63,149 nucleotides of DNA, filler included, from Asterionella formosa (GCA_002256025.1; 11 parts of 11 records of this genome joined end to end with filler, not necessarily neighbours in it), one strand, 5' to 3'; positions 25,042-39,284 are shown, counted from the first letter of the whole stretch. Notes: a model not told the origin generated them from the sequence alone. Made by a program: numbers and translations.

Positions 25042-26678
25042 ATGAAGTCCTTCGTTCTTGCATGCTGGTTGGCCATGCTGGCCGCGAGCAACGCGTTGCA
25101 AACAGTTTCGCCTACTTCAACGAAAGTGCGACCCAATGCGTCGCCTCTCTTCATGGCTAGCATGGCAGAGTACGCGCCTCCCTTGAAGCAATACCCTCCT
25201 CGTCGGGTATGTTTAATGGTCGAGCCAACTCCTTTCACGCATGTGTCTGGCTACGCCAACAGATTCCAGGAAATGCTCAAATTCCTCAGCAAGGCAGGCG
25301 ACAAAGTTGATATCTTGACTGTTGACAGTAAGACGCAACCAATCGACCTTCCTTCCAAAATCTTCAATTTCAAGATTCAGCACACGCAAGGTTTTACCTT
25401 TCCACTCTACAATCAGATCTCGTTGTCGTTCGATCTTCCTGAAATGAAGGGGTCCACTATGATACAGAAGAATACTCCGGATCTGATTCATGTTACGTCT
25501 CCGTAAGTAATTGATGATGTTACGATTGATCCGAAAGCTCGCTCTCACTCACACAATGTTCTTCGAAATCACAGTGGAGTTATGGTGTTTGCTGCTATTC
25601 TGTATTCTCGAATGTTCAAGATCCCTCTTGGTACGTGGAACGTCAATTGCTAGGATGTTCCGTTTGGCCCGGCACACTACCTGCATCTCCTATTTGTACT
25701 AACTTGAGCGCCAACCTAATTTCACAATCAACAGTCATGTCCTACCACACACACTTGCCCGTGTATGGCAAAAACTACCTTGGTTTCATTCCCGGTGTGG
25801 AAGAATTTTCCTGGGGTCTGTTGCGATATGCGCACTCACGGGCTGATCTTACCCTCGTGACATCGCCGCAAATGAAGCAAGAACTAGAAGAGAATGGAGT
25901 CCAACGAGTGGCTGTTTGGCGCAAGGGCATTGACACGGAACGCTTTCATCCATCCTTTCGGTCTGGGGAGATGAGAAGCAGAATGACGGACGGAAATCCA
26001 GATGATTTTCTCATGGTCTACGTTGGAAGACTTGGTGCCGAGAAGCGATTGAAAGATATCAAGGGTGTTCTTGAGAAAATGCCGAACGCTAGATTGTGCA
26101 TTGTTGGCGCGGGACCTCAAAGGCAGGAGCTGGAGGAGTGGTTCCAAGGCACCAAGACTGTCTTTATGGGGCAAATTCAGGGAAATGATCTCTCCAGCGC
26201 ATTTGCCTCTGCCGACGTGTTTTGCATGCCTTCGGATAGTGAAACTTTGGGCTTTGTCGTCCTGGAGAGTATGGCCAGCGGAGTGCCTGTTGTGGGAGCC
26301 AATGCCGGAGGCATTCCCGATATCATTGATGACGGGCGCACGTCCTTTTTGGTGCCCCCCGGTGATATTGACGCTTTTGTAGCTCGCATGCAGCAGCTAG
26401 AGAATAAGGAATTCAGGGAAGCAATCGGTAACGAAGCACGTGCAGAAGCAGAACGCTGGGGTTGGGAAAGTGCGACGAGTGTCTTGAGAAACGTCCAATA
26501 CGAAAAGGCCATTGTCAACTTTCATTCTCGAGCCTTTGGGGGGTTTGGTCGTCAACGCACTCGAGGCATTCTGCGTCTATTTCGATTGCAGTTTGCGTGG
26601 TTGGTAACTATGCTGAAGAAAACTCTCAAGGGAGTTGCTTCGGACTTGCTACCCAGCAAAGAGTGGTATTTCCAGTAA
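25042..26678 (+). CDS. SQD2: Sulfoquinovosyltransferase (sulfolipid synthase, GT4); exons 25042-25502, 25575-25630, 25735-26678
   Basis: Motifs VEPTPFTHVSGYANRF, PDLIHVTSPG, MSYHTHLPVY and MPSDSETLGFVVLESMASGVPVV. Two GT-AG introns (25503-25574 and 25631-25734) give a continuous frame. N-terminal signal peptide present. Confidence 0.93.
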
Positions 26679-27067
26679 ATCCGACGAACGAGACGGGAAC
26701 TTCGACCCAAGAGTTGAATTATCGATTCATGTAATATCAATATTGAAATGTGTGCACAAAAAGTTTGAGATCGGAAGGAGACAGCGACAACAGTGAGCTC
26801 GATACAAGCAATAGCAGCTAAATTAAAGGCAGCAGATTATTCAGATCTTTGGTTACTGGTAAACTATAGACTATCGGTAATGTTTTGTTTTATATTTTTG
26901 NNNNNNNNNNNNNNNNNNNNNNNNNNNNNNNNNNNNNNNNNNNNTTAATTAATTAANNNNNNNNNNNNNNNNNNNNNNNNNNNNNNNNNNNNNNNNNNNN
27001 TACAGACAGCATCTCCGCGTCGCATCACCAGTTTCAATCCTTCCCTTTCAAACAGATTCCATATAGA

Positions 27068-27689
27068 ATGCACACTGTGTGGGTCAGATTGAACGCCGTC
27101 GTATTCTTTGGATTGACCGTATTGCTAGGTTTGTCCTGCTTGGCGGCTTTGTCCAAGATTGGCCATTCCGCGACGCACAAACCAGGTAAGCACAATGCTA
27201 ACATGTGCTGCTTGGTAGAACTCTCAATTCTCATAATATCCCCGTTGCTCTTCTAATCTGTTCCATTCTTCTTCAGTTATTACGAAACTTGAATTGAATA
27301 CATTGCGTTCACTCAAATCTCACGGTGGCGTCGATCGAGCTTTGCTGTCGTTCGATATTCTAGCCGACCTTCGACCAGCCTTTCATTGGAATATCAAACA
27401 ACTGTTCGTGTACGTTGTAGCTTCCTATGAAACCGACACGAATCCTTACAATCAAGTTGTCTTGTGGGATAAGATAGTGGAAGCTAGTGATCCCGATGAA
27501 AAGAAGATTTTGAATGAGACGAACGTCTTTGTCAAGTACGCCTTGGTAGATCAGGGAGATGATTTGCGAGGAAAGGATGTGAAATTGCAGCTTATGTGGG
27601 ATCATATGCCCATTACTGGATTGCTATACATGGGGGAGCAACCTAAGAAGTCCTTGTCCAATTTTGAATTGCCGAAGGTGTACCAATAG
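27068..27689 (+). CDS. SPCS3: Signal peptidase complex subunit 3 (SPC22/23); exons 27068-27185 and 27277-27689
   Basis: N-terminal TM after MHTVWVRLNAV, plus ADLRPAFHWNIKQLFVYVVASY..NQVVLWDKIV and WDHMPITG. A 91-nt GTAAGC...TTCAG intron keeps the frame. Confidence 0.92.
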
Positions 27690-30600
27690 ATATCAAAAGG
27701 GCGTGTCCTAGGTGAAAAATTGATCGATTTCTGTAACTACAATGTCAAGTCCATTGTCTATTTGGCAATGCAGAATCAAATTGCTCTGTCTGAATTTATT
27801 CAGCCAGTCATGCATTCTGGTGATGACCATTACTTTCAGATAGCTATAATAGAAATAATCATAAATAATCTAGTCCTTACCCTGACATTTTGTTATAGTC
27901 TATCTATTTGCACTGTAGTAATGTGTGGATCAATTCAAACTCTTGGTTGCTGAACAGTTGAAGCTCGTAAATATTTATAGCTATATATTGCTTGAGGAGC
28001 TGAGTGAAGCACTGTTAGGTAGCATAAGGCAGTATTTTTTAATATTAGCCTATAATAATTGAAGTGAGTGGTTTTAAGGGGAATGGCTTAGTGGTAAAGC
28101 ATGTTGCCTTTGACTTGAAGTTGTAAGGTTCCATTCCAGCAATTTTTGTGAAGGAATTGTTGGGTACGAATCCCACACTCGTTACCATCCAGCATTATCT
28201 TGCCTGGTGTGCAAGAAATAGTGGTTTCACCCCTACAAGCAGCTTGTGCCACCTTCCTAGGTAGTTGGAGTTCCCCTAATGCAGTGTCAAAGACAATCAT
28301 CTTTCATGAATGGTGGTTGGAGACTCACCTACCCTAACGANNNNNNNNNNNNNNNNNNNNNNNNNNNNNNNNNNNNNNNNNNNNNNNNNNNNNNNNNNNN
28401 NNNNNNNNNNNNNNNNNNNNNNNNNNNNNNNNNNNNNNNNNNNNNNNNNNNNNNNNNNNNNNNNNNNNNNNNNNNNNNNNNNNNNNNNNNNNNNNNNNNN
28501 NNNNNNNNNNNNNNNNNNNNNNNNNNNNNNNNNNNNNNNNNNNNNNNNNNNNNNNNNNNNNNNNNNNNNNNNNNNNNNNNNNNNNNNNNNNNNNNNNNNN
28601 NNNNNNNNNNNNNNNNNNNNNNNNNNNNNNNNNNNNNNNNNNNNNNNNNNNNNNNNNNNNNNNNNNNNNNNNNNNNNNNNNNNNNNNNNNNNNNNNNNNN
28701 NNNNNNNNNNNNNNNNNNNNNNNNNNNNNNNNNNNNNNNNNNNNNNNNNNNNNNNNNNNNNNNNNNNNNNNNNNNNNNNNNNNNNNNNNNNNNNNNNNNN
28801 NNNNNNNNNNNNNNNNNNNNNNNNNNNNNNNNNNNNNNNNNNNNNNNNNNNNNNNNNNNNNNNNNNNNNNNNNNNNNNNNNNNNNNNNNNNNNNNNNNNN
28901 NNNNNNNNNNNNNNNNNNNNTACCCTAATATCCTGAATGTAGCTATTTTGCACTTTGCCATCATTACTCAATTTATGTCTATTGACAATATTGGAAAAAG
29001 CCAGGTTACATTTTATTCTAATAATATCATTTTACCCCTATTGTGTTTATTAGAAAAACGCTGGGTTGCATGTTATTCTGATACTAATGTCAGTTTACCT
29101 TCATTGAAATTGTTGGAAAAATCGCTGGTGATTTACATTATTCTTCAATAATGTCATTTTAAACGATTGAATAATCTCCGGGTCTGCTATATCTCTCCGA
29201 GAGCTCTACTAAAGATATTTGATCTGTGATAGGAAACACATTGCAACATTATGTGCAGGTACATATTATCAGGATGGGTCGTTTGAGGCTTTGATTGATT
29301 TGAATGAAATACCAGGTCAGAGACCTGTGGGAAGGAAACACATTACAATATTATGTGCAGATACATATATCATGAGGATGTGTCTTTTTATCATTTTGAA
29401 AATCGTATTGAATACAAGAAAGGGTTGCATCGCTAACACTTACAAAAAATCATTGGTGAGACAGTCAAAAAGGCTACGTGCCCAAGCTCATGGTACCGAG
29501 ATTCTTGTCAGTAGAGAAACAGATATGATAAACAATAGGAATCAATTTCAAATACGATTCAAGGGGTCGGATATTTTTTAAGGTGAGTTATGAACTTTTC
29601 AATATTAATCACTCGTGCCCACTTGAATGGAAACAATTACAATTACTAGTACCGGTTTTTTGGTCCATACGCTACTACAACAGGACCTGTCTCTTTGTCA
29701 GCCTCCTCCCCCCCATCTGCGAATGTCAATTTTCCACATCTCCATCACTACACCTGTCCATTGAAATATCCGTTTGTTGCTTCCCCTGTACCTGCTGTTC
29801 AGTTGATTGTAGCATTTGCTTGAAATCTTCGCCAATTGGTTCCTTGTCTGATTACCGACGATGTCCGCCTTGAAGGGTGTTTTTTGGATTTTCATCATGC
29901 CAGTTTTCTTACAAATCAATCCATTCCTCCTCATATTATCGTTATAGCTTCTTCCGCAAAAAAGAGGAGGTAAGAAAATGGAAAACTGGAGTGAGATTCT
30001 GTTGGAAAAAGGTGTGCTTCAATATCCAGTCTGCTGGTCCTCGTCACTTACTGTTAGGGGTATCTCAGTTTGTTTGCCACATGAGGGACAACGGTAACAA
30101 TTCCATTACCTCCAAGCTGCTACCTAAACTCAACAATCAGCGTCTGATGTTGTGAGACATCAAAAAATGCAAATGAGATGACAAGGTTGACAAGGATGGC
30201 AATAAGGATAACCATTCAGGCAATGTGTGACCTTGCATGTTCCCTGTGCATGTGTACAAACTAGCTTTACTATGTTGTTCTCAGGGGAAGGACAAAGTCT
30301 ACAAAGGTTTCTATGTAAGAATATATGAGTAATGATTCTCCGAAATTATGAAATTGCCGCACTCTGGCATTTTCGACTTCTTCATCTCTTGGCAAATCTT
30401 GGCAGCTTTCCAGACTTAAGCTACATCCGGAATGCTGCCAAGATTCACTGAGAAATGAAGAAGTTGAAAATCGAAATGACAGAGATCAGCTCCTCATCTC
30501 GCTCTGGTTGATCACCATCATGAAACAATATAAATTTAGCTAAGAAAACACTACACTGATTAGGATTGTTTTTACAAAGATTTTCAATTGTCCATTTTAT

Positions 30601-31329
30601 CAACAAACATTTGAAGCACAAAAGGTTGCATGTGCTTAAAAATTCCTGCTTAATCGAATTCCAGGATCATGCATAGTATTCAAAATGATAACACCATGAA
30701 TGAAAGATAACCACTGTCCGAGCTGGCCAGCATATTTATTTAAGTCAATCAGCAGACATTAATATCCGGGATGTCCAAACAAATCGTCATTTCGGCAAAA
30801 TTACCGCAAGTTGCTGGTACCTGGTGAGTACCAGGTACTGGTATATAGTCATGAACGGAGGGAATACTGATATATTCCATGGTGGTCGATCGTTATCTAA
30901 TCCCTGTAGTCTATGATGTGTACATTCGGTGTACATGCACCGATACTTCATTATTACGAGGTCTATGGTGCATATACATACATACTACCCTGGTACCAGG
31001 TACCAGGTACTATAGGTGTAGTAAAGGGGTCATTCAGCCAAGCATGAAAATGGTCTTTAATCCTCTGGACGAGGTTGGCACACCATCACCCACACTGCAC
31101 CATGAAGGTAACAATGTATATTCTCATGTGCGTAGAATGCATGAAAGGAAGGAGTCATTTTGTCATACTACCCTGGTACCAGGCACCAACACAAACCTTC
31201 GTTCAGGTCAATTTATTATTCCTGTCGACAATGGAGCGAACACAATAGCTGAACACAAAGAAACGGCGTCGACATTTCGCTATACTTGCGTCCACCTCTC
31301 ACTAGTCTCTCGTCCTGCTACTAAGTACA

Positions 31330-34300
31330 ATGGACGACGGAGACTTTTTGAGCGAGGCAAATGCGTCCACAGTTGCTATGGTTCTGTGGTTTGGCTCTCT
31401 CACTTTTACTGTCGCCTCCATGGCAGCGAGAACATGGCTGTTTGGTGACATGCGAGGTACGTTAGCTCATGTTGAACGGCAGTCAAAGTAAAATTCAAAA
31501 ACCTAACAGTTGAGCCGTTACAGCAATTAAGGCAGCACTCAAGTTTTCTCCGATACGCGGCGACATATCACAAGTCGAAACTTCTTTTGTCAGTTTGTTT
31601 GTCCTGACATATCACTTTGCACTATTTGGTTTCATTCTCCTGGCCGCATACGTACTAGAGAAGCACCCCCCATTTCCGCCTGAACCAAGAAGTTCGTTCG
31701 ATCCGGACTATCTTGTGTTCTTGGTACTTCTATTGGTACTTTATTCAATTAGCTCGATGCGACGAAATGACGGCCGAACAGAAATACAATCCCGAGCTTT
31801 CCGAGCAAAGGAGGTTGCGAAATCAGTTATTGAGGAAGCTTATGAGACTATTGATACCAGCCATATGTCATTAGCCACAGGCCTCCCCTCCTTGGTGAGC
31901 CGGAGAAGCGGTCGAAACAAAATTAGTGAGACTTCAATTGATGGCGATGGACCTTCCGAACAAGTTTATGGGGGTGAACAGGCATTAGCCGGCAGCTCCA
32001 ATCAACGATCTGATCGTAGTGGTCAATCATCTGGTGGATCCGTACTTCGAAACTCCATTCGAAGCAAAGCAAGCGAATCATCTCATGGATCCATTGAAGA
32101 TATAGATTTTCAGGGAGAAAAACTTAGCCCTTGGATCAAGCGGGACGACGAATCTGTTTTTTCGCATTCAATGAGTGAGTCTACTATTTCATCTGCTGGT
32201 GTCATGTCCATTATTTCGGAAAGACGAGAATTGAATGATATATTTCTGGATGATGGATCGAAGCAATCTAGTCGAAGCGGAAGGGGAAGTCGGAAGCCGG
32301 GAACCGACGATTTGGAATCAAGGAACAGGAAAGCAAATAATGAATTTGAGCTTCTAAACACGAACCAGACCTTGGAATGGAAAGGTATACTGTCTGTTTG
32401 CTTTATTCTCTATCAACTGACAGCCGCGGAATTCTCGCCAAATGAAATCAACTTATTTCACAACGCCGCCAGAACTGGAGCTTCATGTTTTGTTTTCATG
32501 ACCGGCTTTGGGCACGCCACCTACTTTTACACCAGGAACAATTACCGCTTCACAAGAATACTTAAAGTACTCTTTCGTCTCAACATGACATGTTTCTTTT
32601 TATGCTTAACGATGGGGCAATCATACATTTACTATTACGTCTGTCCACTTCATTCTGTTGCCTTCCTTCTGACATATGGCACCATGCGCATCAATCGGGC
32701 CCCCAATTATACCAAGTATGGGTTGCGTATTAAGTTATTGTGCCTCGCTGGTTTAATATTTTTGGCTTGGGACTGTTCGCTAGGGGTTTTTGAGCTGCTT
32801 TTCAATCCTATCTTTTCGCGAGGACCAGCAGGACCAGGTCGTCCAAACGGTCCACTGTGGGAGTGGTACTACCATTCGTTCTTGAATCATTGGTCAGCTT
32901 TTGTTGGAATCATCTACGCGGTCAACTTTCCAATAACTAGTTTGCTGCTTGAGAAGACGGAATCCCAGACCAATGGGCGCGAGGTTTTGGCAAAGGCTAC
33001 TGTCGGGTTCGCCTTTGTTGGTGTGATGTTCATGTGGTTTTCCGGACCTTTCTCAAGTAGCAAGTTTGCGTTTGACTCGACGCACCCCTACTTTTCGTTT
33101 CTACCTATTTTGTCTTATGTTTATTTTCGTAACATGTCAAAATACCTGAGAGAACGGCACATGGCATTTCTGAAAGAAATGGGGTCCCTTACCTTGGAGG
33201 TTTTCTTGTTTCACAATCACTTCTTTTTATCGGACGACGGGAGTGCGATACTGGTACTTTTACCAGGTTATCCTAAATGCAATGTACTGGTGACTGGTAT
33301 TATCCTTATTTTGGTTGCCCAAATAGTGAACAAACTGACGTTTGTAATATCGGGGATGCTTCTTCCTTCGGAGAATGAAACTCAATGCATTCGTTCAATC
33401 GGAGCACTAGCTGGGTGTACCGTGGGTTTCTATTTCCTGGCATTTTTTCTTCGGACCATGGGGATACTCAATATTGCCACGGTAGGAATCACTATAGTGC
33501 TGCTGGGCCTTTTGGCATATCAAACAATTATGGATATGACATGGCAAGAATATCGCGATGTCGGCAGACAACTAGCCCACCTGTCGACTGAACCAGATGC
33601 CGAATCATCGGTGGCAAAGGCGAGTCCACTACTGATTGGATTTGTAACTGTATTGGTTTTGGGTTTTTCATGGCAGATTATGTCGATTCAAGGTGCCTTT
33701 GGTGGCCCTTTGCCATTGCCAGGATCATGTGAGTCGTTTGCCAATAACGGCGCGTGGACCCCTGTCACTTCTTGTAATGAGTTTCAGAGGGGGTTTGAAA
33801 CTCGTTATTACCAGGTTGGAGCATCATACAGGGATTGTTCTGATTTGTCAACATTGCACTGGGGATGGCGAAAAACGGAATCAAACAGTAGATGTAACTT
33901 CCACTACAGGCCACCGGAGGCGCTTCAGAAGCAACTTGAAGGCCGAACGATCATTTTTGTTGGAGATTCAATGGTTCGAAACTTATTTCATGCGCTTTGT
34001 CGAGCATTGGGAGATATTTCTGCAGGGAACTTTGATGTTACTGTTGCCGACCATGCGGACATAGCGAAGAGGATAGGGAACACCCGAATCGAATACAAAT
34101 GGGCTCCATTAGCCTTTGACCTTGTTTCAAAATTGAAGGATATCCGAACAAAGGATCCATCCAAGAGCCAGGCTGACATTATTGTTGCTGGCGGAGGAAC
34201 TCTAGATCGTCTTCACGTTTGGGCAACAGACGAGGACCAAGAATCTCAGAAGGCAGCAATCCAAAAGTTGGCCAAGGAGCTTGACTTCGCGTCATCACCA

Positions 34301-34984
34301 ACAATTTGGTGCACGCCAACCACAGTGAATACTCCTGCTCTTGGGAATGATGAAAAGCGAAACCAGATGAATGAGCTGGCAATTCAACAAGTGAGAACGA
34401 TGTATGTGGATTTAGGTGTGGAAGAGTCTTCAAACTTTGTTTTGGATGGGCCAAGTTATTCTCGTGGTAGAGTATCCGAAAGTTTTGATGGACTGAGCTA
34501 CCCTCATGGTGTCTACGATGCTGGCATTCAGATTCTTGTCAACTCATTTGACTGGCTCCTTCCAGGATTCGACGAACATGAATACAACGAAGCGTTTGAT
34601 CCTCCAGTACCAGGGTCAATGTCAAATCCATTTTTGGGGCTCATGATGACATGTTTCAGTATGATAGGACTCTTCTTCTTTGATGGCTATTTTGGCTTCT
34701 CCTACTTGTCATCTCTTTTTGTAAAAAAGAAGAAGCTGAAACGGCATTCAACTCCACACACCACCACAACAGTAATGCCAAATGATCTTTACGAAGAAGC
34801 TTTTATCTCATACCACCAAAAATTGAAACTTCCCCTTCCAAAAGGAATCAGCAAATTGCAAGTTTCAACTGTGAAAATCCACCAGGAAAAGCCACAGCAA
34901 TCCTCATTTCTTGACAGCGACATCCTGAGTTTGCTGGACAATGATCAACTTGGTGGGGTGCGCAATATTTCTCGGCGGAAGTAA
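31330..34984 (+). CDS. Polysaccharide O-acetyltransferase: Cas1_AcylT (RWA/CASD1-like) multi-TM domain plus C-terminal PC-esterase/TBL-like domain; exons 31330-31456 and 31524-34984
   Basis: Cas1_AcylT motifs LNTNQTLEWKG, FVFMTGFGH, VLFRLN, YYYVCPLHS and LWEWYY. The C-terminal domain has IIFVGDSMVRNLF. A 67-nt GTACGT...TACAG intron (CTAAC branch) links the ATG at 31330 in frame. Confidence 0.85.
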
Positions 34985-35136
34985 GGTTTACTCTCCTGTC
35001 TGATTGGTGAAGAAACTAAGTTATTGAATTGTGAAGCAAAAGTTTTCTAGTATGTGTAACAACTCCTTGAACTGGTAGTATGACTTTTTTCGCATTAGCT
35101 GCTAAACTACCTGGTACATCCGGAAAACGTGCTTAA

Positions 35137-38100
35137 AACCGTGTAACAGAAATAATTTTGGGGGTTAAATATTAATATTGATTGCCCAACCCTGTGTATC
35201 AAGGAATTTTTCTACGCTTTCCACTACTAAAAAAGTCAACATGGAAAATTGCTTGTTGTTCAAAAAGCTGCATGCTAATATCAATTGTTGGTTGTCCTGA
35301 CCAGTTCCAATTGCGCGCTTCTCACCATTGATAGAAGGGCTTGTTATGGAGTGCTTCTGATGGAGAGATTGCAAAACAAGGACTTGTGGGTTGAGGAATC
35401 TGCCATTTCCATAACAGAAATATTAACAACATATGCTCTGTTTTCAGTCATTGGCTATGCTTCCATCACTCAAGCGATTTTTCAATGCAAGAAGGCAACT
35501 CCATTCAACTGAACATGCATCAATCAACAGTGCACAGGAAGGTTTATATTGTTGCTGTGGGAGGATGCATTGTCTGGATGCAAGAGCAATCAAACCAATT
35601 CCACATGCTTAGTACCACAAGCACATGTGATGTTGATCAAGCAGCCTCAGCAACTTCAGCAGTTCAATGTGTGGGCATTTTTGGCATCATGGAGTCAGTT
35701 TGTTTGCCCACTCACATCTTTGCTCTCCGTTAGAGGTGGGTTTTCTACTGATGCTTGCATTTTTCTCTTGTTTCTATTACTGGTTCCCCATATATGATAA
35801 TTCAACAACCGGACCTTTCATGCTATTTTAAGTGCTTCAACCTTTGTTGCTTGGCCCATTTTTTCGTATCTCACCCATCCGGGGGATATGTTACTACTTT
35901 CAGCAACACTTTTTGTTGCTCCAAAATGTGTATCTGTGTGTATCACTGTAGATACAGCATTAAGCAACAATAATATATTTTATTTAATATATGTCATGTA
36001 ATTAAATTAATTAACAAAGAATCCATTTCTGTCTCTTAAGAAAACAACAGAAATGAATTTTGGGAGGAGGGATTGCCTTCTCAGCAGCAATTATTATTAA
36101 CACTAGCTACTCATGGAATAATGTTTTTCATCACTTGTAAACAACTTGCGCAATGACATCATTTGAATCTTCAGACAATGAAACTCACTCTGCAGCAAGG
36201 AAACAGGATGACCAGTGGGTTGCAAGTGTCACTCCTGCTGATTTTTTCATTGACAACGATAAAAGACATGCTCATTCAATACAACAACTTGGTCATATTT
36301 GTGTTCACTTTAAAATCGCCAGATACAGAAATAAAACAAAAATGATAACGATTACACTCATCAAGAATTGGTTAAAGACTCTTGATCTTCGAGACATGAT
36401 GGGGTACAACAAAAAACATCAAAAGAACCAAAGAAGTATCTAAAAAGAAACAGTGCTCCCTTTTCCTGAATCATCAACAAGGTTGACTCCTTGCCTAAAG
36501 AAGAATCTGAAAAGAAAAGGCACTCCCTTAACTCCTGAATCATCAACAAGGAAGTCTCCTCGCCTACTACTATCAAAGCAACTTTCTACTACCAGAGAAG
36601 ATATCGCCAATGACTCAAGTACAGATTCCGAATTATTTCCTTCCCAATTGTCTGCATTTCCATCTCCAGTTCCTGCTGATATTTTATTGGATGACGATTC
36701 TTAAAGATCCCATCAGATTATTACAAAACAGGGATGACCTTCCAAAAATCAGAGGAATAGAAATTCTGCAACTGCTCCCAAATATATTAAAAAGCATGGC
36801 ACATACTACCATCGAGTAATTAATGTCTTCTTTGAGGAGAAACATCGGCAAGATATTTTGTGTCTTGGGAATACTCCAACTATGTGTGAGTTGGATGCAA
36901 GGAAATTTTCCCATAAAGAAGTTTGGGACAAGTTATTGGATACCTTCATGGGCATAGACAATGATACAGTTGGATCCATGGCATTCAAACACAGCCACCC
37001 AGTTTGAATACCACGGAATTGATGATAACTATCCCATATCTTTTGATATGTTGGATAGCAAGCAATTTTCAGAGGTTATGGAATTTCTAAATGCGCATTA
37101 CCAGATCTGTTTCAATAATAACAAAGTTTCTGGTCAACACAATAACTTTGACAATTTAACTCAAAACCGGCCTTATTGTTTGTACTACTATCATTTATGG
37201 CTTCAACAGGTGCCACATTTCCGTGCCTATGCAGTACCAAGTTTAAGGGATGGTGTTGCTATCATGGACAGGCTAATTCACATTTCTGCAGAGGATGATG
37301 TTGCCAAGCTACCTGTTCAACGAAGAAAAGGTAGAAAATATGGCAGCAATGAGTTTGAAAACACATCCAAACAAGTGTTCGACGCGCTTATAGAACTTTT
37401 AAAAGCAAATGAGCGCCGTACACAAATGACACTTGCCTCTCAAAGATCCAATGCAGAATTTTCTCAAGCATCTTGTGTTTTAAAACGAGAGAAGGAACTA
37501 ATGGATGTTGTAGTTATGTGACTGAAGTAGCAAGCAATGAAGTGCAACAAAAATGTGATGGTAATGAGTATCAAGAGCATGTCAGTTTTGTTGAATTTTT
37601 TGAAGTCAATTTTTTTGAAACTATGGATTCACTGACCAAGAATTCTGTAGCTCTCATACAAACAGCTGAAAAGGATGCATCTTATCATAATTAGGTTACC
37701 AATTATATTTCTACTTAGTTCTTGTTTTTACCTAATTCCTTCCAGTTATAGTTTGTATGCTAGTACATTGATCCTATTTCAGTCAGTTCAAGCCGTCGGC
37801 GCAACACATTAGCCGGATGTCGCCTATACCCATTGTTGGTGACAACATCAAGAGTAATTTGCCAAATCTATGAAGTACCTTGTACTACATCCAACTTCCT
37901 GACAGTTGGAAGATATGCCCACCCAAGAGGAGCATTGGGCATTGGATCAAGAAGCTCCAAACTAGTCAGAAATTCCGTTCCATTATTAAGTCCTTTCTTT
38001 TTATCATCATCCATGAGTAGGCAAAAATTGTGTAAGCGGACACTAGCAGAAAGAATTGCAACTGATTTTCTTCATCCTGAAGGACAAGGATGTCCTCAGC

Positions 38101-39284
38101 ATCCTCCATTTATTGGTGAGCAATCCCAACGTCATCTTAATTCTAATGCATAGTTGTGAAAGGAAATAGTTATATGCATCTTTGTTTGTTGATTCCCTTT
38201 GACTTCCAAAAAATGGACAGAGCACTTGATCAGTCAATGTGTAAGCAGCATCACCTACTATGTATTGTCCTCGACGAAGGTTGGATACAATCTGAAAAAG
38301 TTTGGTTCTTTCAAATGCCTTCTGATCTGGAAATTTTCCTGGGGCCATGACATCAAAGTATAGGAAACAACAATTAATGTTCGCAAACAGCTTGAACATT
38401 CAATCCATATGACATGTAATACCCAGACCAATATGCTTGAGGGAATCCATCACAAGGCTGTAAATATCCATCTATAGCACCAATGCATCCACGAAGTAGT
38501 TGCTGCTCGCTTTTTTCAAGGAATCCATTCATCACTGCTTGTTTCTCCTTGTTTGTTGTAGGGATTTTAATTGATAATGCTGTGCAAGAGTTCACCGCAT
38601 CAAGGAATGTTTTAGTGATGACATAAACAGATGGATATGAAACGCCATAGACCATGACAAATGTAATGAGGTTTCCGCCTGCAAGCCAGCAAAGTCCAAT
38701 GGCAAGGATCAACTCAGGATAAATATGCTGATTTTAGCTGTATAAACCGGAACTTGCATTTGATTTGACAACATTAACTGTGATGGAAGGTCGAAGGAGT
38801 TCCAGTAGTTGATTGAAAGCTTCAAGCGACATGCAATAATCACGATGAAATCTATTCTCATGAAGAAGCTTTGTGACATGCACATTCCAGTCAATTCGTT
38901 GATGCTCCCATTTTGGAATTCGCACTGGCTTCAAGTTTCATTCATCGGATTCCAAAAATGATAATGCAACTGCTGCAATTAACAAAAAGCTCTGTTGTTC
39001 TGCTTCTATATCAAGATTATCAATGACAGCCAGCCCAACTGTCAGTTTCTTCCATTCGATATGTCATTGTCATTACAGTAATGATGATGGTCAGACACAT
39101 TGAATAATTGAAACACACATTCAAAATTTTTTGCTGAGTCTGATGCACATGTTTGCAGAGATATAAAGAAAACGGCTAACTGTTTTGCCATTACAGAGAT
39201 TTAATTGTGAAATGTATCTCTGTGAAGATTCTTTTTTTTGGAGATACAACAAAAAATATTTTGTATCTCTGTTAAGATTGGCCC
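35137..39284 (-). mobile_element. Degenerate PIF/Harbinger transposon with transposase (-) and companion ORF (+)
   Basis: Frameshifted DDE_Tnp_4-type transposase at about 37760-39075(-), with GCIGAIDG, GLNVQAVC, YIVGDAAY and YNYFLSQL.IRI...GLL..KWR. Companion ORF pieces lie at 36153-37694(+). The right TIR ends ...AAGATTGGCCC followed by TAA. The left boundary is uncertain. Confidence 0.85.

Noticed and set aside
26901..27000. TTAATTAATTAA palindrome within N runs, recurring about every 1.75 kb after 47435
   Set aside because: Artificial six-frame-stop linker. The contigs after 47535 are all 1644-1650 bp and roughly sorted by size, so the periodicity and any adjacency across linkers are not biological.
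28279..29151. Long ORFs in several frames
   Set aside because: They span a 580-N gap and are artefacts.
31330..34984. 'Cas1' domain as a CRISPR component
   Set aside because: Cas1_AcylT is named after the fungal capsule acetylation protein and is unrelated to CRISPR Cas1.
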